The position numbers were made by a program, and so were the translations under genes. A DNA stretch of 63,833 nucleotides, filler included, from Conidiobolus incongruus B7586 (lineage: Eukaryota): NCBI GenBank assembly GCA_000697335.1. It is 45 parts of 45 records of this genome, joined end to end, with 100 filler letters (N's around TTAATTAATTAA, not from the genome) between each part and the next. Parts side by side here need not be neighbours in the genome. Positions count along the whole stretch, not along the records: positions 54,021 to 55,240 come from JNEM01000679.1; positions 55,341 to 56,346 come from JNEM01000680.1; positions 56,447 to 57,541 come from JNEM01000682.1; positions 57,642 to 58,670 come from JNEM01000699.1; positions 58,771 to 59,778 come from JNEM01000714.1; positions 59,879 to 60,970 come from JNEM01000721.1; positions 61,071 to 62,444 come from JNEM01000735.1; positions 62,545 to 63,833 come from JNEM01000871.1; 37 more parts are not named here. The stretch is one strand, 5' to 3'. Under the pieces are notes generated by a model that had not been told where the DNA came from, did no database searches, and worked only from the letters and a program-made list of their open reading frames with translations. Shown here piece after piece: positions 54,021 through 63,833 of the stretch; position 1 is the stretch's first letter; every line of letters begins with the position of its first letter.

Positions 54021-55240
54021 TTGTTATATTATATATATTATAAAATTATTAAAATGATATTGTAAAATAGATATTATAATATTTAAATCTTTCTCTAAAA
54101 AAGTTTACTTATATATTAATTAACTTTATATTAAAAATAAATTACCTTGGGAAATTATTAAAATTACTAGTGTTAGCTAATCTATTATAACTAGGGTTAT
54201 TAAGAATAATATTAAAAAAACACTTAAATTAAAACTTAAATATATTAAAATTATAAATAAACATGATAAAAAGTATATTTATAGATTAGTTAGTATAAGT
54301 AAATATAATACTATTATAGAAATACAACAAGAATTTTAAAACTATATAAGAATATTAATTAGTATTAATACTATTATATATATTTTATATTAGAATAAAT
54401 ACCATTTACACTTTAAGAAAAAACACCCCTAATTAAAAAAATCTTATTATAAAGTTAGATAAAAATATAAATGTTGATACTAAAGTTAAACTAAAATTAA
54501 CTAGAGTAAAGTTATTTAGTTTAATAAAACAAAGATATATTTTAATATATTAAATAAAAAAGCTAGATGTTTCAAAAAAGATAAAAATTACTTTATAACT
54601 ATCATGTTATTATAACCCAAAAATACAATAATAGGTTAATTATAGTTTAAGGATATATATTATCTTTAGGTGTAAGATACCTTTGTAGGGTTAATAAGGG
54701 AATTAATAATAAAATATACTAAAGTATTTTGAACAATAAATTGAAAAAAATTATTAAATGGTATAGATTAAAAAAATCAAATATTATTTTCTAACAAGAT
54801 AATACACCTTGTTATACTATAAATTATATTATTAAATGGCTTAAAAATAACAAAATAATCATTATAAAATCACCTCTTTAATCTTTTAATCTTAACCTAA
54901 TTAAATATCTTTAGGATTAACTAAAAAAATTAATTAAAATTTTCCCCTTAGCAAAAAATTTAGTTTAATTTTAAGAGTATATTTAAAAAGCTTAGAATAA
55001 TATTAGTTTTGTTTAATATAAGAAGCTAGTTGACTTTATATTTTATAACCTTAAAAAAGTTTAAAAAACAAAAGATAGATATACTAGATATTAATTTTTC
55101 TATCAATATTAAAACCTACAAATTTATAACCTATCTTAAATTTACTTTTAGTATTAATATATCAACTAATTATTAATTAAATTTAACTTTATATATTATA
55201 TTATAAATAAAAAATATATATTAATTACATAGTTTAATAT
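54021..55240 (+). mobile_element. Tc1-like DD34E transposon, decayed copy (subfamily C)
   Basis: CAAGATAATACACCTTGT (QDN.PC) near 54795; ends ACTAGATATTAA (TRY*). Confidence 0.92.
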
Positions 55241-55340
55241 NNNNNNNNNNNNNNNNNNNNNNNNNNNNNNNNNNNNNNNNNNNNTTAATTAATTAANNNN
55301 NNNNNNNNNNNNNNNNNNNNNNNNNNNNNNNNNNNNNNNN

Positions 55341-56346
55341 AATTTATTTAAATTACAATATATTTAATTAAATTATATCAATCTCTAATTAATATATCAT
55401 AATACAAAATATATTGAAAATAAGTAATTAATTTTTATATTATAGTTATAAAAATAAAAATAAAATTTATTATATCTATTTTTTGCTTTTTTAACTTCTT
55501 TAAGCTTATAAGGTATAGAGTTAACTAACTTTATATATTAAAAAAGATTAATTTTGTTTTAAGTTTTTTAAATATATTTTAAACCTTATTTATATTTTTT
55601 CTTGATAGGAAAACTTTGATTACTTAGTTTAATTAATTCTAAAGATAATTAATTAAATTAAAATTAATGAATTGAAAAAATGACTTTATAACTATTATTT
55701 TATTATTTTTAAATTATTTGGAAATAGAAATAATAATATAACAAAAGATATTATATTATTAAAAAATATCATCTGATTTGTTTAATCTATATTATTTAAT
55801 AGTTATTTTTAATTTATCATTTGGAATTTTTTAATATATTTTAAAATTAATTCCTTTATTAATTTTATAATAATAATTTATATTTTAAAATAATATATAT
55901 ATTTAAACTATAATTAACTTATGATTATATTTTTTAATTCAAAAAATATAATAATTACAAAGTTTTTTTTTGTTTTTTCTAAAATATTTAGTTTTTTTAT
56001 TTGATTTATTATAATATATTTTTGGTTTATTAAATTAAATAACCTTATTTAAATTAGTTTGAATATAAATATTATAGTGATATTTGAATTTTTATTTAGC
56101 TTTATAATCTGAATTTTTTAATTAAAGGTGTTTTTTCTTAAATTATAAGTAAAATTCATTATAATATAATATATTTATAATAATATTAATATTAACTAAT
56201 ATTATTATATAATCATATAATTCTTTTATATTTTTATAATATTATTATATCAATTTATAATAACTAAACTATAAATATATCTTTTATTTTATTTATTTAT
56301 AATCTTAATATATTTAATTTTAAGTTTATTTATATCTTTATTATAA
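55341..56346 (-). mobile_element. Tc1-like DD34E transposon, strongly eroded copy
   Basis: Collinear with other minus-strand copies from about 55440; the first 100 bp are uncertain. Confidence 0.82.
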
Positions 56347-56446
56347 NNNNNNNNNNNNNNNNNNNNNNNNNNNNNNNNNNNNNNNNNNNNTTAATTAATT
56401 AANNNNNNNNNNNNNNNNNNNNNNNNNNNNNNNNNNNNNNNNNNNN

Positions 56447-57541
56447 AATATATAAGAAAGTAATTATTTTCAAATTATATTTATATATTTTCAATTTTAA
56501 TTAATTTTTTTATCAAAATATTTTGACTTTATAATTTATATTTATATTTAATTATGATTAAATTTAATAGTAATTATCAAAAGGATTTTATTTTTATATC
56601 TTTAAAACTTAATCATAAATCCTCTAAAGTCATCTAAAACTTGCAAATAGCTTATAGAGATGATATTTTATTTAAAACTACCATATATTGCTAGATTTGT
56701 GATTTTAATGTTAAAATAAATATTATTCAAAATTTGGTAAAATTTAAAAAAAAAATTTTATTATAATTTTTTCATTTAAAAATAAAATAAATAAATATAT
56801 TAAAAAATATCTTTTATTTCTATTAGAGAACTATTAAAGCAATTCAATATAATTATATAAGCATATTATTTATACTTAAGTTTAAACTTGATTTAATTAT
56901 TAAAAATATAAATTTAATATCTTATAGTTTAATAAAATTCTAAAAAAAAAATAAAGTAATTATAGCTAAACTAAATTTATTAAATTATAGCCAAAAAGAA
57001 AGGTTTTTATAGAAAATACTTTTTATTAATAAATCTTAAATCTATTTATTTAATCCTTTATTTAAAAATAAAACAAGATAATTGGTTAAGCTAAATTAAA
57101 TCACCTTATAAATTTTAATAAATAAGTATTTTAAATATAAATAAATATTAATTATTGTGATTTATTTTAATAGTATATAATTTTTATATATAATATCTCA
57201 AGGCAAATCATTTAATTATAAATTATATATTATTTTTTTAAATAAAATAATTTTTAAATAGTTTTTTCAATAAAAATTTAAGATACCTATTATTTTGCAT
57301 AATAATTATAAAATATATAAAATTAATAATACAAAGGATTTTTTATATAAAAAAAACTAAAAAGAGTTACTATATCTAGTATATTCACTTCATTATAACC
57401 CATATGATTATAATTATTTTAGATAATCAAAAAAATAGCTTATAAGAAAAAAAATTCTTTCAAATAAATTAAATAGTTTGTAAAATATTAAATATTAGTC
57501 CTTAATAAAAATAACTATATTTTAGGTATTAGAAGCTTATC
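56447..57541 (+). mobile_element. mariner DD34D transposon, divergent copy
   Basis: AATCATAAATCCTCTAAAG near 56611; ATTTTGCATAATAAT near 57292; TATAACCCATATGATTAT near 57394. Confidence 0.85.
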
Positions 57542-57641
57542 NNNNNNNNNNNNNNNNNNNNNNNNNNNNNNNNNNNNNNNNNNNNTTAATTAATTAANNN
57601 NNNNNNNNNNNNNNNNNNNNNNNNNNNNNNNNNNNNNNNNN

Positions 57642-58670
57642 TTTAAATAAACTTATATTAAACTATATAATTATTATATATTTTTTATTTATAATATAAT
57701 ATATATAATTAAATTTAATTAACTATCAATTAATATATCAAAACTAAAAATATTTTTAAAATAAGTTATAAATATATAAGTTTTAATATTGATAGAAAAA
57801 TTAATATCTAATATATTTATCTTTTGTTTTTTAATCTTTTTAAATTTATAAGTTATAGAGTCAACTAACTTCTTATATTAAATAAGACTAATATATTCTT
57901 AAATTTCTTTAATATATTTCTAATGATTATTTAAATTTTTTATTTGTAGGAAAGCTTTAATTAATTTTTTTAACTAATCCTAAATATATTGAATTAAATT
58001 AAGGTTAGGGGATTAAAGAAACCACTTTATAATTATAATTTAATAATTTTTAAACCATTTAGTAATAAAAATAATAATATAACAAAAGGTATTATTTTGT
58101 TAAAAAATAATATCTGATTTATTTAAATTATACTATAATATTTTTTTTAATTTATTACCTAAAATATTTTAATATATCTTAATATTAATTCCTTTATTAA
58201 TTTTATAAAAATATTTTATAACAAAAGTTAATATATATGTTTAAACTATATTTAACTTATTATTATATTTTTAGGTTAAAATAACATTATAGTTATAAAG
58301 TATTTTTTTTATCTTTTTTAAAATATTTAACTTTTTTATTAAATTTACTAATATATATTTTTGTTTTATTAAATTAAATAACCTTATTCTAATTAGTATT
58401 AATTTAATATAAATTGTTATATTTAAATTTTTACCTAGCTTTACAATAAGACTTTTTTAGTTAAGGGTGTTTTTTTTAAAATATAAATAATATCTATTAT
58501 AATATATATCATATATAATAATATTAATACTAATATTTTTATATAGTCTTATAGTTTTTTTATATCTTTATAATTATATTCAATTTATTTATATTAATTA
58601 ACCAATAAATATATCTTTGATTATATTTATTTATAATCTTAACATATATAAGTTTAAGTTTAAATATATT
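57642..58670 (-). mobile_element. Tc1-like DD34E transposon, decayed copy (subfamily C)
   Basis: 3' flank TATTGATAGAAAAATTAATATCTA shared with 25485-25508. Confidence 0.9.
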
Positions 58671-59162
58671 NNNNNNNNNNNNNNNNNNNNNNNNNNNNNN
58701 NNNNNNNNNNNNNNTTAATTAATTAANNNNNNNNNNNNNNNNNNNNNNNNNNNNNNNNNNNNNNNNNNNNTATCAAATAAATAATAAACATGAAAAAAAT
58801 TAATAATAAGATAGCTATATTAAATAATATATTAAATAATAAATTAAAATATTTGAAAATTTTTAAAAAAAATTCTAATAAAAATAATAATATCAAAATA
58901 AAATAATTTAATAACTTCAAAAAAAAAATAGTTTAATAAGCAAATTTAATAATAATTATAAATAAATATGTTTTTTATCTATTATTATAATAATCATAAT
59001 AGAACTATTAAATATAGCTATTATATATTCATAAGTAACTTATAACCTATTTATATTAATAAATTAAATTAAATATTTAACTTTTTAGAATGATAAAACA
59101 AACCCTATTAAATAAATTAAAAAAATTAATATATTAAAAAAAACATATAAAATTCTAAATAA

Positions 59163-59570
59163 TATTATTATTTTAAAAGTCCAAATATTAATGGATAACA
59201 TGAGTTTTATACAGATTTAAGATATATTAATTTGAAATCTAGTTTTTTCCTAGAATCAATTGATAAAAAAATTTAGGAGAATTTTTAAAATAATTTATTA
59301 AAAGAATTTAATATATAAGTTAAAAACCATTAGGATATATAAATATAAAGTTATTGAAGACTTTACTTACTTTATTATTAGTTGGTTTAAATTATTTTCT
59401 GATACTAATAATATTAATTTAGTAAAAAATTTTCAAAATAACCTTACACTAAAGATTAAAGATAAAGTCATCAAAAAATCAATATATTTAGGTTTAAAAA
59501 CTAAATTAAACTTTGATAGAGTCTTAAAATATATAACTTATATAAAAAAAACTATTAAAAAAATAGAAAG
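59163..59570 (+). pseudogene. Unidentified decayed coding sequence
   Basis: FKSPNING*HEFYTDLRYINLKSSFFLESIDKK, then after a frameshift a stop-free run of about 75 codons (KVIEDFTYFIISWFKLFSD...LNFDRVLK). Confidence 0.4.
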
Positions 59571-59878
59571 TTAAAAGAAGAAAGATATATTCAGGAAAAA
59601 ATTAAAATACTTTGTATATAATATAAAATAAAATGAAAATAAAATGAAGAATTAAAACTATATAACTATTATTTCATTATTTTTGATAAAAATAAATTCT
59701 AATATTTAAATACAAATAAGACTAATTGATTATATATAAGGCAATTTATTTTATAAAACAAAATCTTAATTATATATTNNNNNNNNNNNNNNNNNNNNNN
59801 NNNNNNNNNNNNNNNNNNNNNNTTAATTAATTAANNNNNNNNNNNNNNNNNNNNNNNNNNNNNNNNNNNNNNNNNNNN

Positions 59879-60970
59879 AAGGTAAATTAACTTGTGAGAT
59901 TATTAGAATTACTAGTGTTAGCTAGTTTATTATAATTAAAGCTATTAAAAATTATAGTAAAGATATATCTAAACTTAAGTTTAAGTTTGTTAAGATTATA
60001 AATAAACATAATAAAAAGTATATTTGTAGGTTAGTTAATATAAGTAAATATAATATTATTATAGAAATATAAAAAGAATTATAAAACTATATTAAAATAT
60101 TAGTTAATATTAATACTATTATATATACTCTATATTATAATAAATATTACTTGTGTTTTAAAAAAAACACTTTTAATTAAAGAAGTTTTATTGTAAAGTT
60201 AAGTAAAAGTTAAAATATCATTATTAAAGTTAAATTAAAACTAATTAAAGTAAAGTTATTTAGTTTAATAAAATAAAAATATACTTTTGTAGATTTATTA
60301 AAAAAGCTAGATATTTTAAAAAAGACAAAAAAATTATTTTGTGATTATTATGTTATTTTAACCTAAAAATATAATAATAAATTAATTATAGTTTAAGGAT
60401 ATATGTTATCTTTTAGTATAAAGTATTTTTGTAAAGTTAATAAGGGAATTAATTTTAAAATATATTAAAATATTCTAAATAATAAATTAAAAATAACTAT
60501 TAAATAATATAGGTTAAATTAATTAGAGATTATTTTCTAATAAGATAATACCTTTTGTTATACTATTATTTCTATTACTAAATAGTTTAAAAATAATAAA
60601 ATAATAGTTATAAAATAGCTTCTTTAATCTTTTAACTTTAATTTAATTAAATACCTTTAGGATTAATTAAAACAAGTAATTAAAACTTTCCCACCAGCAA
60701 AAAATTTAAATAAGCTTTAAAAATATATTTAAGAAGCTTAAAACTAAATTAATTTTTTTTAATATAAGAAGTTAGTTGACTTTATACCCTATAAACTTAA
60801 AGAAGTTAAGAAAACAAAAGGTAAATTTATTAAATTTTAATTTTCTTTTTATAACCAAAATATATAAATCTATAACTTATCTTATAAATAATTTAAACTT
60901 TAATATATTAACTAAAAGTTAATATAATGAAAATAAATATATTTAATTATAAATAAATAATATAAGTTTA
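59879..60970 (+). mobile_element. Tc1-like DD34E transposon, decayed copy (subfamily B)
   Basis: Collinear with 34469-35550. Confidence 0.92.
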
Positions 60971-61070
60971 NNNNNNNNNNNNNNNNNNNNNNNNNNNNNN
61001 NNNNNNNNNNNNNNTTAATTAATTAANNNNNNNNNNNNNNNNNNNNNNNNNNNNNNNNNNNNNNNNNNNN

Positions 61071-62204
61071 ATTAAAGACTAAAAATTAATATTTTATAAA
61101 CTAATTAAATTTTCCTATAGAAATTTTTTTTTGTAAGTTAGTTTTTTAATTACCTAAAGTAATTATAATTACATAAGCTATAATTTAAAGAGTATATTAG
61201 ATATGGTAATTCTTTCTAGTTATTTTTAATTAGAATATTTTTTATAGCTTTAGGTTTATATATTATGTAATTATTATACAAAATAATAGGTCTTCTCAAA
61301 TTATATTAAAAGCACTAATTAGAAATACTTTTATTTAAAAAAGCAATATAAAGTTTCATATTAATTAATTTTCCTTCAAGAACTAAATAAAAGTAACATA
61401 TAATATCATAATCTATTATAATAATTAATATTTATATATTAACAAAATACTTATTAAAAAGGATTTATAAAGGGGATTGATTTAGCTTAATCTAGCATCT
61501 TGATTTGTGTTTTAGTAAAGGATTATACATAGAGATTTAAGATTCATCAACTATAATTATTTGCTATAAAATCTAAACTTCTAGAAATATTTTAGTAACT
61601 TATGTTTAATAATACCTATTCTAGATTTTTTTTTAAGCTTTAGTTAAACTATAGGATACCTATTTTATATTTTTATTTATAAATTTAAGTTTAAACTTTA
61701 ATATATATAAAATACTTGTAAAACTAATATTAAATTCCTTAGATAATTCACTTACTGAAATAAAAAGGTGTTTTTGAATATATTTTGTCACTTTATTAAT
61801 AATTGAAAAAGTAATAATTAAATTTAGTCTTTTAAATTTTGATAGGTTTTAGATAGTTTCTTTTTTAACCTTAAAGTAATTTATCTAGCAATAAACTGTT
61901 AATTTAGATAATATTCTATTACCAAAAGCAGATTGTAAATTTTAAATAATTTTAGAGGGCTTATGGTTAAGTTTTATTAATACTAAAATAAAAGAATTTT
62001 AATGATTATTATTTAATTTAAGCATAATTAAATTAAACAACCATTTTTAAAAAGTTAATTTTTTAATCAAAAAATTATTATATATATATATATTAAAAAT
62101 ATATAATTTCCTATTAACTTTGTATATATTTATTCATATCAATCTAATAATATGTTTAAAAATCAAAAATTAAAAAATTTCCTATTATTTCAAATTCAAG
62201 GTAA
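61071..62204 (-). mobile_element. mariner DD34D transposon with 5' TIR
   Basis: Start ATG (CAT at 62023-62025); GATTCATCAAC (VDES on the minus strand); terminus ...TATTATTTCAAATTCAAGGTAA-TA. Confidence 0.92.
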
Positions 62205-62610
62205 TAACTTTTGGTTAATTTAATAAAATTCAAGATAAAATATCAAAATTAAATAAAATAATTTTATAATTTAGAATCAATTAATTTAATTAAGAATATT
62301 TCAAATTATAGATTAATATATAAAAAATTTTAATTTTAAAACTTATTTTTATCAGATATTATAAACAAAATTTAATTTAAATTTAATTTATATAGATAAT
62401 TAATTTAATATAAAATATTTTTATCAATAATTTAAAATTTAATTNNNNNNNNNNNNNNNNNNNNNNNNNNNNNNNNNNNNNNNNNNNNTTAATTAATTAA
62501 NNNNNNNNNNNNNNNNNNNNNNNNNNNNNNNNNNNNNNNNNNNNATAAAACTTAATAATAAATCTAATTTAATTTTATAAAAAGTCTTAATTCAAAAAAT
62601 AATTATAATA

Positions 62611-63833
62611 TTACTTTGTAATTTAAATAATGGGAATTTTTTGTAATTAAAAAAAATAAACATTTTAATATATAAAAAATAAAAATAAATATATAATATA
62701 CAATTAATAATTTCTTTTATTTTTAATAACTTTTTGCTATACTTTTAGCAAAAATCTAACACTTAAAAAATAATTTTTTTTTATTAAAAACTGAAATTTA
62801 ATGTTTTACAAACTAATTAAATTTTTTTGTAGAAATTTTCTTTCTTGCAAGCTGGTTTTTTAATTACCTAAAGCAATTATAATCATATGGGTTATAATCT
62901 AGGGAATATATTAGATATGGTAGTTTTTTCCAGTTATTTCTAATTAGTAAGTTTTTTAAAACTTTAGATTTATGTATTTTATAATTATCATGCAAAATAA
63001 TAGGTTTTCTTAAATTATATAAAGAATACTAATTAGAAATAATTTTATTTAAAAAAGAAATATAAAGTTTACTATTAATTAATTTTTTTTTTAGGAACTA
63101 AATAAAAATAACATATGCTATTATAATCAATTATAACAATTAATAATTACTTATCAATAAAATGCTTATTTAAAGGAATTTGTAAAGAGGATTGATTTAG
63201 CTTAATCCAACACCTTGATTTATGTTTTAATATAGGATTATACAAAAAAATTAAAGATTCATCAATTATAATAGTTTATTATAAAAACCTTGGTTTTTAG
63301 TTATATCTTAGTAAGTTTTGTTTAGCAATAGCTACTCTAACTTTTTTTTAAATTTCAGTTAAATTATATGAATCCTATTTTATATTTTTATTAATTATTT
63401 TTAATTTAAACTATAATATATATAAAATACTTATGTGACTAATATTAAATTATCTTAATAATTCTCTAGCTGAAATAAAAAGGTGCTTTTTAATATAATT
63501 TTTCAATTTATTAAAAATTAGAATAATAACAGTTAAAATTAATTTTTTAGATTTTAATAGGTTTTGGGTAGTTTTTTTCCTAGCTTTAAATTAATTTACC
63601 TAGCAATATATTGTTGATTTAGATAATACTTTATTACCAAAATCTGTTTGTAGATTTTAAATGATTTTAGAGGATTTGTGGTTAAATTTGATTTATACTA
63701 AAATAAAAGACTTTTGATGGTTATTATTTGGTTTAAACATAATTAAATTAAATAACTAATTTTAAAAAATAAATTTTTTAATCAAAAAAGTTATTATATA
63801 TATATATATATATATAATTCAAAACTGTTTATT
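62611..63833 (-). mobile_element. mariner DD34D transposon with 3' TIR; runs to the window end
   Basis: TA-TTACTTTGTAATTTAAATAATGGGAATTTTTTG; retains IDES, LHDN and NNWKK codons on the minus strand. Confidence 0.94.

Noticed and set aside
58723..58920. 65-aa hydrophobic ORF
   Set aside because: Runs into the N spacer; its L/F/I richness follows from the A-rich opposite strand.
1386..62500. Regularly recurring TTAATTAATTAA palindrome as a CRISPR-like or biological repeat
   Set aside because: Always centred in exactly 44+44 Ns; it is an assembly linker carrying six-frame stops.
1..63833. Organelle or endosymbiont genome suggested by extreme AT content
   Set aside because: No rRNA, tRNA, respiratory or housekeeping genes; content is dominated by eukaryotic-type Tc1/mariner relics.

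Overview
Not a contiguous locus. The window is an artificial concatenation of 45 short, extremely AT-rich eukaryotic contigs (about 1-2 kb each, roughly 85-90% AT by eye), joined by 44 identical 100-bp spacers (44 N + TTAATTAATTAA + 44 N). About three quarters of the contigs are dead copies of two IS630-Tc1-mariner DNA transposon families. The first is a ~1.57-kb Tc1-like DD34E family with IR/DR-type ends (22 copies covering the catalytic core plus 3 fragments, at least 3 subfamilies). The second is a ~1.3-kb mariner DD34D family (13 large copies plus 4 fragments). Several copies are nested in one another at TA sites. No copy is intact: all carry dense C>T and G>A transitions on both strands, with CpG nearly eliminated and CpA/TpG heavily hit, while several non-TE contigs keep CpG. 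This is a RIP-like or methylation-deamination-like, repeat-targeted signature. The remaining contigs are non-coding or hold unidentified decayed reading frames that read plausibly if TAA/TAG = Gln, which hints at a ciliate-type host. The reconstructed transposases, however, use the standard code. No intact gene, RNA gene or CRISPR array is supported.
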